Below, one piece after another: positions 27,252 to 36,772 of a stretch of 64,000 nt of DNA. The notes beneath the pieces were generated by a model, which searched no databases, was not told where the DNA came from, and saw nothing but the letters and a program-made list of their open reading frames with translations. The position numbers and the translations under genes are program-made. Source of the DNA: a virus. The stretch lies in the IMG/VR virus record IMGVR_UViG_3300045241_000115, positions 1 to 64,000 of that record. One strand, 5' to 3'. How positions within the stretch are numbered: the first letter of the stretch is position 1; the number at the start of each line of letters is the position of its first letter.

Positions 27252-28397
27252 TTAAGCCGACGTTGTCAGTTCAGGCTTAACCGGCTTGATCGGCGCGGTC
27301 ATCATGTAGGTGAACCACGGATTGCCGCGGTTCTCGCCGATGTGCTGCACGCCGCCCACTTCGTAGAACCCGCTCTCGTTCAGGCCCATGCGCTGAATGT
27401 TCAAGCGCTGCGCGTCCGTCGGCAGGTTGTCCGCGTCACCGGACGGACTCGCCTTCTGCACGACGAGATCGCGCTCATCGATATGGATGCGCCGCCCTGG
27501 CCGGATCGCGAAGTTCAACAGGCTATGGACCTCAACGCCGCCGTCCCGCGTCTGTGCCGGGACGTCCAGCATGCCGGACTGTGAGTTGAGCACCGGCACC
27601 TGCTCCGTCGCGAACGTCTCGAACTCCTTCAGGATGTGCAGCTTGTTATCGTCGTCGATGTGATAGTGCGCGCCAGCGGAGCGCACGACATCGCGCAGAA
27701 CGTCGCTCGCCATGCCGAAACAGACGCGCCCACGCGGCGCCTTCTCCTTGCCAAGATCCGTGATGTAGCCAAGCCCTATACCGTATGGCGCCATCGCCGC
27801 GGCGCACGCATTGACGACATCCCGCTGCGTCGCGCCGGCGGGAAGCGTCGTATTGACGACTGCCTGGGTGACCGCCTCGTCGCCCGTCGCAGCGTGCAGC
27901 TCGATATACGTGTCCGTCGCGTTCTGCCGGCCGTATTTGAACCATGCGATCGGCCCAGCGAAGATTTTGCCGTATTGCTGCGATGGCGCCTGGTAGCCCG
28001 CCTCGAGCAGCACATGCGTCAGCGTCTTTTGCAGCCTCGCGACCAGGTTGCTGTCGATGTTGTAGATCGTGATGCGCGCCTTCCACAACGTCTGGCCGAG
28101 CTGCTTGGAGACATCGAAGTTGAACGCGAGTTTCGACAGATCAACAGCGTCCTTGCCGGACTGCGTGCCGACCGTCAGGTTCCACTTGCGCATCCACAGC
28201 TTGCCGGCGCTGTGCGGATCGAGCGGCATGTCGGGACGCTGGACTGACGACGGGGCAGCGATCGCCGACTTCGTCGCGCCCTTGCCGATTTCCCCTGGCA
28301 GCAACGGCGCAGGCGGGCCGGGAACGCTCGTGTCGGGGAAGTTCAGATCCCCGCCGCCAGCGATAGGCCCGCGTGGTGCTACGACCGCGCCGCTCAT
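27252..28397 (-). CDS. Baseplate hub protein
   Basis: ARITIYN, LEAGY, PRGRV.FG, G.NRGNPW. Confidence 0.8.
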   Translation of the reverse strand: MSGAVVAPRGPIAGGGDLNFPDTSVPGPPAPLLPGEIGKGATKSAIAAPSSVQRPDMPLDPHSAGKLWMRKWNLTVGTQSGKDAVDLSKLAFNFDVSKQLGQTLWKARITIYNIDSNLVARLQKTLTHVLLEAGYQAPSQQYGKIFAGPIAWFKYGRQNATDTYIELHAATGDEAVTQAVVNTTLPAGATQRDVVNACAAAMAPYGIGLGYITDLGKEKAPRGRVCFGMASDVLRDVVRSAGAHYHIDDDNKLHILKEFETFATEQVPVLNSQSGMLDVPAQTRDGGVEVHSLLNFAIRPGRRIHIDERDLVVQKASPSGDADNLPTDAQRLNIQRMGLNESGFYEVGGVQHIGENRGNPWFTYMMTAPIKPVKPELTTSA

Positions 28398-28660
28398 CGG
28401 CGATTGTGCTCCGCGTAGGCGTCCTCGGCGCGCTGCTCGTTCTCTTCCTGGGCGTCGATGTAGTCGTTCGCGACCGCGATGATTTCCAAATCCAGCGTGC
28501 CGTCCACCAGGCCCTCGAGGCGACACATGCCTTTGTAGACAGGTCGCATCAGGAAATCTTCTCCATCTGGGAGGCCAACCCACTCAATCCCAATGAGGGC
28601 GTCTGGGGTTCGGCGTCGCCAGGTACGTTTGGGAGCGCCAGCCCTGTAGCGAAAAAACCC
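28394..28660 (-). CDS. -1 frameshift extension of the tail assembly chaperone
   Basis: Overlapping -1 frame entered at G GGT TTT; LPDGEDFLMRPV..DGTLDL..N. Confidence 0.7.
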   Translation of the reverse strand, partial: GFFRYRAGAPKRTWRRRTPDALIGIEWVGLPDGEDFLMRPVYKGMCRLEGLVDGTLDLEIIAVANDYIDAQEENEQRAEDAYAEHNRR

Positions 28661-29049
28661 GACAGGTTCTCCTGGATCACGTTCCACGCGATGTGGACGA
28701 GCTCCGTCAGGTCATAGTCCTCGAACTGCTCGCGGCCTGCCGTGGGGTTCCACAGGTCCATCCATATCTCGCCCTGGCCGTTCGCGCCCGCGCGACGCTG
28801 CACGCCGGCGAGGCATTGGTTCACGAGATCGTCCACCTCGTGCTTTTCCATCGAGGCGAAGGCGCGGAAGAACGGCCCCATGAACATCAACTGGCGCGCG
28901 GATGCGTTCTGGCCTTCCTCCGGCGCGGTGACCGCGAATTGCACGAGCGGCCCGAACAGCGGACCGACGCCGCGCAACAGATGCAGTTGCGCGCGCGCGT
29001 TCAGCCGCTTGGTGCGATACGTGTGGCCGCCGACTTCGAACTCCGGCAT
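28549..29049 (-). CDS. Tail assembly chaperone
   Basis: Follows the tube gene; ends ..VIQENLSGFF at a slippery site. Confidence 0.8.
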   Translation of the reverse strand: MPEFEVGGHTYRTKRLNARAQLHLLRGVGPLFGPLVQFAVTAPEEGQNASARQLMFMGPFFRAFASMEKHEVDDLVNQCLAGVQRRAGANGQGEIWMDLWNPTAGREQFEDYDLTELVHIAWNVIQENLSGFFATGLALPNVPGDAEPQTPSLGLSGLASQMEKIS

Positions 29050-29052
29050 GGG

Positions 29053-29508
29053 CTACGCGCTCCCAGCCGTGCCGTCGCCCAGGATGCCGTCGATGGATCC
29101 AGCATCGAACACCCACTCCTGCGTGCCGCCCTCTTTCGCATAATTGACGTTGGGCCAACGCTGGAAGGCGCATTGACGGCAACTGATCTGATCGCCGCGC
29201 GCCGGGTCGCTGATGACGATCGTATTGTTGCCCCACAACGCGGACGACACGCGCTGCAGGTCGTACATCATCGCGAGCAACTGGTTCGTGCCGGATGTCT
29301 TGAGGAACCTGATCGTCACGGTGCCGCCGTTTCCGGCATGGAGGCTGTGCATCACGCAGCCGTCCGCACCGATGGTCATCGTGTTTTTGTTCTCGACCAT
29401 CGCAATGCTGATGCCTTCTTCGGCATTGCATGAGCCGTAACCGAGCGAGAACGATCCGCCGGGCCCGACAATCGTCGCGGCCACGTCCATGAAGCTGTAG
29501 GTCGCCAT
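29053..29508 (-). CDS. Tail tube protein (DUF3277-like)
   Basis: TYSFMDV.A..GPGG, AEEGI, MTIGADG..MHSL. Confidence 0.85.
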   Translation of the reverse strand: MATYSFMDVAATIVGPGGSFSLGYGSCNAEEGISIAMVENKNTMTIGADGCVMHSLHAGNGGTVTIRFLKTSGTNQLLAMMYDLQRVSSALWGNNTIVISDPARGDQISCRQCAFQRWPNVNYAKEGGTQEWVFDAGSIDGILGDGTAGSA

Positions 29509-29584
29509 GTATGAGCTCCATCTGAGGGATGCGGCGCCTCACGGCGCTGCGGTCGCCTTGCCCAAGGGCGATGTATGAAGGGGC

Positions 29585-29809
29585 TTAGAGCGGCGGCAGC
29601 GTCACTTTGCCGACGCGTGGAACAGACTTCGGCTTTGGTTTGGCGGGCGCGCGGTGCCTGTCGTTCAGGCCCATGCGACGCAGCTCGCGCGAGATCGCCT
29701 CGTTACCGCGACCCAATCGCTCGGCCATCACGTCGTAGGTCAGGCCTTGCTCGCGCATTTTGCGTAGCTTCGCCCGTTCCTCATCGGTCCAGTGGTTCGT
29801 GCGTCCCAT
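29585..29809 (-). CDS. Second GcrA-like HTH protein
   Basis: WTDEERAKLRKMREQGLTYDVMAERLGR. Confidence 0.6.
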   Translation of the reverse strand: MGRTNHWTDEERAKLRKMREQGLTYDVMAERLGRGNEAISRELRRMGLNDRHRAPAKPKPKSVPRVGKVTLPPL

Positions 29810-29813
29810 CGCA

Positions 29814-30449
29814 TCACCACGTAGCGAATTTCAGTGCCGCCGCCTTCATCGCCAGCGCCGCGCGTTCCTCCGCGGCCGGCTGCAAAGGCTGGATCCACGC
29901 GAGCGCCAGACCGCCGACGGCAACGCCGAGAATGGGCGGCACCGCGACCAAGCAAACGCGGCGATAGCCTTTGACGGCCATCGCCTTCATGTCCTCGTTC
30001 AGCGCCTCGCCAGCGTTGACGCACGCCACTTCATTGTTGAGAAATTTGACAACCAACGGCATCGAGGACTCTGGCAGGAGCGCTTGCTGCGGACCGGAGC
30101 TGGGGATCCAGCGGTTGCCGTCACGATCCACGCCGACGCGGTCAACCAAGATATTGTCGTTGATATTGGTCTCGATCAGTAGCGCATAGTCAGCGCGCGT
30201 GTCGCGCAACAGCCGGTCGGCGTCACGCAGGAATACGGGAGAGTCCAGCTCCGCCTGTTCATGCGCTTTGTGCAGGATCGCATCGGCGATCGTGCCACGC
30301 TCGAGATAGAGGATGTATCCGAGGCCGCCGAGGACGAGCAGGACGATGACGACGATGGCTTTCCAGGGACGGTCCATGAAAGCGAGCAGGCCACGGAACA
30401 CCGATGCGGCGGTGAGCTTTTCCTCCGGCTCCGGCGCCTTGTCGCTCAT
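29814..30449 (-). CDS. Holin-like membrane protein (single N-terminal TM plus soluble domain)
   Basis: TM AIVVIVLLVLGGLGYILYL; coupled to the putative endolysin. Confidence 0.55.
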   Translation of the reverse strand: MSDKAPEPEEKLTAASVFRGLLAFMDRPWKAIVVIVLLVLGGLGYILYLERGTIADAILHKAHEQAELDSPVFLRDADRLLRDTRADYALLIETNINDNILVDRVGVDRDGNRWIPSSGPQQALLPESSMPLVVKFLNNEVACVNAGEALNEDMKAMAVKGYRRVCLVAVPPILGVAVGGLALAWIQPLQPAAEERAALAMKAAALKFATW

Positions 30450-30820
30450 TCGATAGCGATCTCCACGACGTAGAACATATCGCCGTCGTTGACCGCGTTG
30501 CCGCTGCCGCCGCGGTATCTGATCACGCGCTGATGCACGGGCTGCCCGCGCCATTGATCGGAAACGAGAAGTCCGTCGCTGTTCTCGCTCAGCAGCACCG
30601 CCGTGTGCGAACGCCCGTCCGTGTGATTGCCGTACAGTCCGTTGGGATCGAATGTCGCAATCGCGGTGCCAGGCGCGCACCCGCTGCCACGCACCGGATC
30701 GCCGCGCCGCCAGAGTGACGTGTGAGGAAGGCCGCAGACCTCCCTCACATACGCCACGCAATGACCGTCCCCGACCACCGTGCCGGAATGCCGGTGATGA
30801 TCGGTCGCGGTGTAAGGCAC
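30446..30820 (-). CDS. BPSL0067/Tae-like Cys-His amidase, putative endolysin
   Basis: VGDGHCVAYV..T..WRRG..GTAIATF..HTAV..DQW. Confidence 0.75.
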   Translation of the reverse strand: MPYTATDHHRHSGTVVGDGHCVAYVREVCGLPHTSLWRRGDPVRGSGCAPGTAIATFDPNGLYGNHTDGRSHTAVLLSENSDGLLVSDQWRGQPVHQRVIRYRGGSGNAVNDGDMFYVVEIAIE

Positions 30821-30821
30821 G

Positions 30822-31475
30822 TCAGCCGCGCTTTGGCTGCGCTTCGGGAGGCAGGCCCTGATCAGGATGCCCCGGCACTGGCGGCAATCCCTGATCCGGG
30901 TGCCCAGGCACCGTGTGAGGCGGGTAGATCGGATGCGTTGGCTTCAGGCTGCAATCGATCGTCGTCCAACGATAACCGACGCCGACGATCCAGCAGAACA
31001 CCGTCAGCTTGCCCGTCACGCCCGGCGGCAACGGCGGATAGACCGCGCCGGGAGGCAGCACTGGCAACTGCTCCGCTGTGCCCCCGCCGCCGCCAGGACG
31101 ATAGATCGGATGCTCCGGAGAGACAGGAACATCGATGCCATAGTTCGGATCGACCGGACGCGGCGGATGCGGCCACACGGTCGGCGGCGTCGGTAGGCCA
31201 TAATCGGGATCGACGGGATAGGTCGGGCGTGGCGGTCGAGCGATCGGATGCGACGGACGCTCGCCAGTCGGCGGCAGCGGATGACCTGGCGTTACCGGCG
31301 GCAGAGGGATGCCGTAACCCGGATCGACCGGTCCCTCACCACCAGGGAGTCCCTGATCGGGATGACCGCCTTCATCGACGCCATACCCAGGATCGACCGG
31401 CCCTTCAACGCCGGGGAGTCCCTGATCGGGATGTCCACCACGGCGAATGCGCAGAAAGCCACTAACGAATGGCAT
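30822..31475 (-). CDS. Proline-rich repeat protein
   Basis: GHPDQGLP x4, PVDPxYG x4; AAGGAG RBS. Confidence 0.75.
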   Translation of the reverse strand: MPFVSGFLRIRRGGHPDQGLPGVEGPVDPGYGVDEGGHPDQGLPGGEGPVDPGYGIPLPPVTPGHPLPPTGERPSHPIARPPRPTYPVDPDYGLPTPPTVWPHPPRPVDPNYGIDVPVSPEHPIYRPGGGGGTAEQLPVLPPGAVYPPLPPGVTGKLTVFCWIVGVGYRWTTIDCSLKPTHPIYPPHTVPGHPDQGLPPVPGHPDQGLPPEAQPKRG

Positions 31476-31564
31476 AGGCTACTCCTTCATGTTTTAGGTT
31501 GTAGACACGGTCATCCATACGCTGTCGCCACGCGATTGCGTGTGACTGTATGGGGTCGTTTGGA

Positions 31565-33436
31565 TTATCTGTTGACGTTGACGATGACGTTGGCGAAGTG
31601 CACCGCGCCCGCGAGTTTGATCGCGCATTGGATCGTCGGCGCGATACGCTGCTCCCTGATCGCCTGCGGCTGCGCCTCGACCAACGGCGCCCAGACATAA
31701 AAGCCCTTTGGCAGCATTTGGCCGTACTGGATCTGGCCGAAACCCGGCGCATTCCACTGCCCGGGCGCGACCATGCCGTTGACGACCGCCTGTTGCAGCG
31801 AGGCTTCCACGGTCGCGACAATGATGTGCACGCCTTGGTTCGTCTGCGGGATTTTCGTTGGGCTGGTGTAGAGCACGTTGAACACATCCGTCTGAATGCG
31901 GTTCGCCAGCCAATCGACGTTGTGCCGCTCATCGAAGAACATGCCCGAACACATGACACCCTCTTGGATGATTGCCGCGTCGTTGCTGTAGGTGACGAAC
32001 ACATTGGCGCGTTTCAGTTTCAGCGCGGCCGCCTGGTTCTCTGTCAGAACTTCCGCAGCGACCCCTGGCTCCTGCTTGAATTTCAGCGTGATCACCGTGT
32101 TGTTCGCCTCGAAGTCCACGGTGAACGCGCGGGCATACATGCTCGCGACCGCATAGGGACTGCTGCTGCTGAATTGGCCGAACGAGCGCGTGTAACCCAG
32201 CGCCCTCATCTGGGAGAAGATGTCGTTGATCACGACAGGATCGAGCGCGGCGGTGTCCTGCGACGTGAAGCCAAAGATCGAGACAGGATCGCAAGCCTCG
32301 ATGTACTCCGCGACGTTCACATAGTCCGTCGTCGTGATGTCGTTCGTCAGCGCGAACTGCAGGCCATACCATTGCGGATGCGCGCGCAGCGCGACCGCAC
32401 ATTCCAAGGCGGTCTCGGCCGCGATGCCGTTGACCGGCGCGGAGGCGCCCGTTGCCTGCGTCAGTTTCAACGGCGTGGAAACGTCCTGGCCGATGCCGGC
32501 AGAACTCGCGTAGCTCAGTGACGATGTCGGCCCGTTGGAGATCGCCTGGATGTGGAACCGCGTGCCATCGAACCAACACGACGCGCCCTGCAAAGCATTG
32601 TTGATGATCGTCGCCGCGCCGTTCAGGTTCGTCACACCGGAGAAGTCCATGCCCGTCGTGCCGTTGACGGGCGCCTGTGCTCCCGTCGCGGAGCTGAGTC
32701 TCAACTCTTGGGCAAGGTTGGTGCCTGCCGCGCCGACAGTCGCGTAGGTGATCGTCGATGTCGTGCCCGTCGTCGCGCTGCGGATGACGAAGGCACTGTA
32801 CGTCGTGCTCCACGTCGCGCTGCCGGACGTGCCCAGACCGGTGTCGATCAGCGCCGCGGCGGCCTCGAGGAACGGCAGCGTGTCCGTCTCGGTGATCGTC
32901 GTGAAATCGATTGGCCCTACCGCCTTCGCCGTGCCATCGATCGTGATGCTCATCTCGCCGTCAGTGACGCCTTGCAGCGTCGTCACCAGCGCATCCTGAT
33001 CCGTCGTGGAGAACAGGCCGCCGGTCAGATGTGCCGAGGACGCCTGGACGGTCCTTGGTGTGCCGTCGATCGTGATCGCCATCGTGCCGTTGGTGACCAG
33101 TTTCATCTGGCTCAGCAGCGTCACCTGCTGCGACGGCGTCAGGATGCCGCCATGCAGCACGGCGGACGTTGGCGTCTGCGCGAAGCGGCCGACATACAGG
33201 ATCGCCGGCCGTGGCGACTGACTGAAAAACAAATCGGCAGCCAAGTATTCCGGCGCCGTTGTGCCGAAGTCCGCTGCGACACCATCGAGCGTCGCGTATT
33301 CGCGCAGCCGCTCCGAAACATCGACGACCGCGGAAGGCCCAGCGATGCACAAGGCGCCGAAGTTGCGCAGCGGCACCGCCAGCGGCGACATATTGATCGT
33401 GACGTCTACAACGTCGGAGACGGACAAGCCGGGCAT
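31565..33436 (-). CDS. Tail sheath protein (DUF3383)
   Basis: DFG...PEY.AA..FFSQSP.P, TLKFKQEPGV, FFDE.H..DWL, KIPQT, AGAVH. Confidence 0.9.
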   Translation of the reverse strand: MPGLSVSDVVDVTINMSPLAVPLRNFGALCIAGPSAVVDVSERLREYATLDGVAADFGTTAPEYLAADLFFSQSPRPAILYVGRFAQTPTSAVLHGGILTPSQQVTLLSQMKLVTNGTMAITIDGTPRTVQASSAHLTGGLFSTTDQDALVTTLQGVTDGEMSITIDGTAKAVGPIDFTTITETDTLPFLEAAAALIDTGLGTSGSATWSTTYSAFVIRSATTGTTSTITYATVGAAGTNLAQELRLSSATGAQAPVNGTTGMDFSGVTNLNGAATIINNALQGASCWFDGTRFHIQAISNGPTSSLSYASSAGIGQDVSTPLKLTQATGASAPVNGIAAETALECAVALRAHPQWYGLQFALTNDITTTDYVNVAEYIEACDPVSIFGFTSQDTAALDPVVINDIFSQMRALGYTRSFGQFSSSSPYAVASMYARAFTVDFEANNTVITLKFKQEPGVAAEVLTENQAAALKLKRANVFVTYSNDAAIIQEGVMCSGMFFDERHNVDWLANRIQTDVFNVLYTSPTKIPQTNQGVHIIVATVEASLQQAVVNGMVAPGQWNAPGFGQIQYGQMLPKGFYVWAPLVEAQPQAIREQRIAPTIQCAIKLAGAVHFANVIVNVNR

Positions 33437-33458
33437 GGCATTGCTCCTTGGGGGCCGG

Positions 33459-33689
33459 ATGCTGTTGGTGAGAGTCGTCGCGCCCCACTTCGTCGCGGGG
33501 CTCGTGCTGGACGATCAGGATCGCTGCGTGAGAGCAGCGCCCATCCTGCGGTGGACGCTTGGCTGGCGGCGCGAGGACTTGCGCGATGTGTTCGAGCAGA
33601 AGCGGTGGCGCGCCTCGGTGATCTCGCGGTTCGACGCTATGGACGGACCACGGTGTTCGGACGCACCGTCACCGTCACGTCGGACGTAG
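33459..33689 (+). CDS. Antisense phage hypothetical protein
   Basis: LVRVVAPHFVAG..VRAAPILRW; fills the gap before the sheath gene. Confidence 0.55.
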   Translation: MLLVRVVAPHFVAGLVLDDQDRCVRAAPILRWTLGWRREDLRDVFEQKRWRASVISRFDAMDGPRCSDAPSPSRRT

Positions 33690-34272
33690 AGCCGTCCAGT
33701 TCGCGGTGCACGACGATGTCCGCGCCGTCCAGATTGAGCACGGGGTAGGCGCGGTCGATCTGGCCGCGCATCTCGAGGCGGATGTCCAGCCGGTCGATCC
33801 ACTGCTGATTGATCAGCTCCGCGTTGCGCGCGAGGTCGTGGACGGAAAGCAGCTTCATGCCGACCAGGTGCATCGGCTCCCAATTTTGCGGCACGTAGAG
33901 GCCGTCGCGGAATGCGCCCGCCAAATCCTCTGCTTCCGGCCCGTAGAACGTCGCGACGACGGTCAGCGTCGCGTGGCGCTGCATGCGATCCACGCCTGGG
34001 CCGGGAGCGCCGGGAAGCTGCGTGACGCTATCGTGGACGATGTAGGGGTAATCGTCCGCCTCGACATGCGTGATGCCGATCGCCGCCCATGTCGTGTCCG
34101 CTGAGGGCTGCGCTGGCGGCATGGGCTGCCATCGCGGTCTCACCAGTGTCCCCGGCAGCGCGGTCAGCGCGACGACCGCCTGTTGCAGAGCGGCGGTCAC
34201 TTCCCGCCCCGTGGGCGGCGGCGTCAGCACTTCCGCGATATAGCCGCCCGTCGCGGATGTGTTGCCGCTCAT
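33637..34272 (-). CDS. Neck/tail terminator protein
   Basis: NTSATGGY, LVRPRWQ, FYGP, ELINQQW..R.D. Confidence 0.8.
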   Translation of the reverse strand: MSGNTSATGGYIAEVLTPPPTGREVTAALQQAVVALTALPGTLVRPRWQPMPPAQPSADTTWAAIGITHVEADDYPYIVHDSVTQLPGAPGPGVDRMQRHATLTVVATFYGPEAEDLAGAFRDGLYVPQNWEPMHLVGMKLLSVHDLARNAELINQQWIDRLDIRLEMRGQIDRAYPVLNLDGADIVVHRELDGSTSDVTVTVRPNTVVRP

Positions 34273-34357
34273 CGCTGCCACACACCGGCCTTGCCGCATC
34301 TCGGGCAGCACGGCCCGGGCGCGAAGGCGATCTTGCAGTCAGAGCAATACCAGAGGC

Positions 34358-34735
34358 TCACCAGAACCTCGCGTCGCTCTCCATTGCGCGCAGCAGCAGC
34401 CATAAGAACAGGCGCGACATCACGTCGGTGCCCAAAGTTTTCTGCGTCGCCAGATGCTCACGCAGCCCTTCGATGCTGCCTTCCCATTTGCCATCCGCAT
34501 GCAGCGTAATCACCAGATCGGGCGACAGCGTGATGGTGGTCGGAAACCATGGCGTCTCGTTGAACAGCCACGTGCCGGTGAACATCGACGGATCAGCAGC
34601 TACCAGATGCGACGCGTCGACCGTAACGATGTCAGCAACGCCAAGCATCTTGCTTTCCGCTTCGTCGCGGACCGCCTCGGCGGTTTCCTTGAACGCCTTC
34701 AGCCATTGCTCCGAGTGATCGTCAGCGTTGCTCAT
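34358..34735 (-). CDS. Hypothetical protein
   Basis: GGAGG RBS; operon context. Confidence 0.55.
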   Translation of the reverse strand: MSNADDHSEQWLKAFKETAEAVRDEAESKMLGVADIVTVDASHLVAADPSMFTGTWLFNETPWFPTTITLSPDLVITLHADGKWEGSIEGLREHLATQKTLGTDVMSRLFLWLLLRAMESDARFW

Positions 34736-34905
34736 CAGTAAATCCTCCCGCCGCCGAACAGTAGCACGAGCACGATGACGATCAGCACGATGCCGAGCAG
34801 GCTGAAGCCGCCCTGGCCGTAGTAACCTCCCCGATAGCCGTAATATCCGCCACCCAGGCCGCCAAAGAGCAGCACGATGACGATGATGATCAGGATCAGG
34901 CTCAT
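34735..34905 (-). CDS. Small two-TM protein (DUF3309-like)
   Basis: Manual translation MSLILIIIVIVLLFGGLGGGYYGY..LLFGGGRIY; AAGGAG RBS. Confidence 0.7.
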   Translation of the reverse strand: MSLILIIIVIVLLFGGLGGGYYGYRGGYYGQGGFSLLGIVLIVIVLVLLFGGGRIY

Positions 34906-34949
34906 CGGCGGTTCTCCTTTCAGGGCGCGACGCCAGTCCTCAAGGGTAG

Positions 34950-35282
34950 TTATGGCGTGAAGCTCTCCAAGGTCTCGTGGTCGAGCTTCTCAGTCGGCTC
35001 CAATCCATGTGCCCGCTGATAACGGCCGAGCGCGCCGGCCGTCGCCGGACCCCATACGCCATCAATCGGCCCGTGATAGAACCCATCGCGCGTCAACCGC
35101 CCCTGAATGCCCTTTATCTGATCACGCGTCGCCGACGAGTCTCGCGTTGACGCCTGGGCTTCTGTCTGCGCCGCGCTATGGGCAGCGCTCTGCACCGGCG
35201 GTGCCGGCACTTGCGCTGCGGGCTGCGAAGGCTGGCTACACGCCGCCAGCGCGAGGACGCCAAGGAATGCCACTCTAAACAT
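34950..35282 (-). CDS. Lipoprotein with peptidoglycan-binding domain
   Basis: Lipobox LAAC; IQGRL...GFYHGPIDGVWGPATAGAL..YQ...GL. Confidence 0.8.
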   Translation of the reverse strand: MFRVAFLGVLALAACSQPSQPAAQVPAPPVQSAAHSAAQTEAQASTRDSSATRDQIKGIQGRLTRDGFYHGPIDGVWGPATAGALGRYQRAHGLEPTEKLDHETLESFTP

Positions 35283-35421
35283 CTCTACCGACCTCCTGTC
35301 GCGCATGGCGAAGCGCGTTCACTTCCTCCGTCAGTTGCCTCACCTGCTCCGACAGCCGCGACACCACCAGCTCCAGGTGCAGCAGCCGACGATCCAGTTC
35401 TCGCGCATCCCCATCAGCCAT
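35275..35421 (-). CDS. Small coiled-coil protein
   Basis: Manual translation MADGDARELDRRLLHLELVVSRLSEQV.. Confidence 0.45.
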   Translation of the reverse strand: MADGDARELDRRLLHLELVVSRLSEQVRQLTEEVNALRHARQEVGRDV

Positions 35422-35427
35422 GATGGT

Positions 35428-35616
35428 TCACCGAACTCCAGGACCTTGGATGGCAAAGCCAAACACCGCCCAGCCCAGCAGAAAAAACAAAATGAACAGC
35501 CAGATCGCGTTGAACCGCGGCACGTTCGGGTTGCCAGCATACGGGCCCCAATAGCCGGCGACGTGAAAAATTATCGCCAGCAACATCAACAGCCAGAAGA
35601 TGAACCCGATCGTCAT
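35428..35616 (-). CDS. Small two-TM membrane protein
   Basis: GGAGG RBS; two hydrophobic helices. Confidence 0.7.
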   Translation of the reverse strand: MTIGFIFWLLMLLAIIFHVAGYWGPYAGNPNVPRFNAIWLFILFFLLGWAVFGFAIQGPGVR

Positions 35617-35617
35617 A

Positions 35618-35848
35618 TCAGTTCCTCCCCGTGCCTGCCCGTATCCAGAAGATCATCTCGTCCATCTTCGGGATCGCCATGCTGCGCGCATGGTGGGACA
35701 GGTTCGCGCTCTCGATGAATGCGCGGCACTGCTCCCGCCACGCGTCGATTGCTTCCTTGGACAGAGCTCGCGATTGCGCCGCGCCAACCTTGTTCTCGGC
35801 GTATTCGACCTGCGCGTTCAGGCTGATGTCCTTCGGGAGATCGCTCAT
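35618..35848 (-). CDS. Hypothetical protein with Acb2/Tad1-like C-terminal helix
   Basis: AAGGAG RBS; ARSMAIPKMDEMIFW. Confidence 0.55.
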   Translation of the reverse strand: MSDLPKDISLNAQVEYAENKVGAAQSRALSKEAIDAWREQCRAFIESANLSHHARSMAIPKMDEMIFWIRAGTGRN

Positions 35849-36033
35849 GTCTTGGTCTCCTTTGTCGCGCGCGAGAGGCATTTGACCTCGATGAAAACGT
35901 GCAATTCCAACTCGCCCTCGGTCTCTTGGTAGATTGATCTGGCTTGGCCCCAGCGGACGGTTCTGATGTGATCGAGACATGCCGCCGCGCATTTCATGAT
36001 GTGACTCCGGGTCCGATCCTCGTCCTCGTTCAT
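35845..36033 (-). CDS. Hypothetical protein
   Basis: ATGA coupling at both ends. Confidence 0.5.
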   Translation of the reverse strand: MNEDEDRTRSHIMKCAAACLDHIRTVRWGQARSIYQETEGELELHVFIEVKCLSRATKETKT

Positions 36034-36419
36034 GGCGGCCCCGCTTGTGGAGAGATCGTCTTGATCTCCATCGTCGCCTCGTAGTGCCCTGCGTTGTTCG
36101 CGAAGTTGCCGAAGCGGGCGACGTTGGTGACGACGTGCTCGCAGCCACGCCATAGAACCGTGTCCGCCTTGTTGGTGTCGGTCGCGGTGGCCAGCGCGAA
36201 CGTCGTGATGATCTCGTAGCTGCCGCCTGTGCGCGCGAGGTCTGGCGTCACGGTCAGGTCGTCGCCGCTCATCGCGCCGATGTAGGCGAGGATGTCGAAT
36301 TGCTGCGTCTGATACGTCACCCTGCCGTCCTGCCCGATCACCTCGACGCTGCGCAGCACGGTGACGGGATCCACGAAATCTGGATCGAACAGGTTCTCGA
36401 CGACGCTGATGTTCGCCAT
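36030..36419 (-). CDS. Head closure / head-tail joining protein
   Basis: DPDF...V.R......GR, D.V.WRG; position in the neck module. Confidence 0.7.
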   Translation of the reverse strand: MANISVVENLFDPDFVDPVTVLRSVEVIGQDGRVTYQTQQFDILAYIGAMSGDDLTVTPDLARTGGSYEIITTFALATATDTNKADTVLWRGCEHVVTNVARFGNFANNAGHYEATMEIKTISPQAGPP

Positions 36420-36433
36420 GCTATGCTCCTGCC

Positions 36434-36772
36434 ATGCGGGTGATCGTCTGTGGCGGGCGGAACTACAGGAACGAGGCCGAGATAGCGCGGCGGCTAGGCG
36501 CCTTCCATGCGCGTCACGGGATCGAATGCATCATCCACGGAGGCTATCGCGGTCTCGATCGCCTGGCGGCACGCTGGGGCGAGCGGAACGGCATTCCGAC
36601 GCTCGCGGTCCTTGCCGACTGGAATCGCTACGGCGACGCGGCCGGACCAATCCGCAATCGCGCAATGCTGCGAGAGAAGCCGGACGCGGTGATCGCGTTC
36701 GAAGGCGGCAACGGGACCGCCGATATGATCAGACAGGCGCTGTTCGCGGGCTTGCAGGTCTTTCTCGACTAG
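36434..36772 (+). CDS. DUF2493 / YspA-like SLOG protein (antisense)
   Basis: MRVIVCGGRNY, IIHGG..G.D, ADW..YG.AAGPIRN..ML, AF.GG.GT.DM. Confidence 0.85.
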   Translation: MRVIVCGGRNYRNEAEIARRLGAFHARHGIECIIHGGYRGLDRLAARWGERNGIPTLAVLADWNRYGDAAGPIRNRAMLREKPDAVIAFEGGNGTADMIRQALFAGLQVFLD

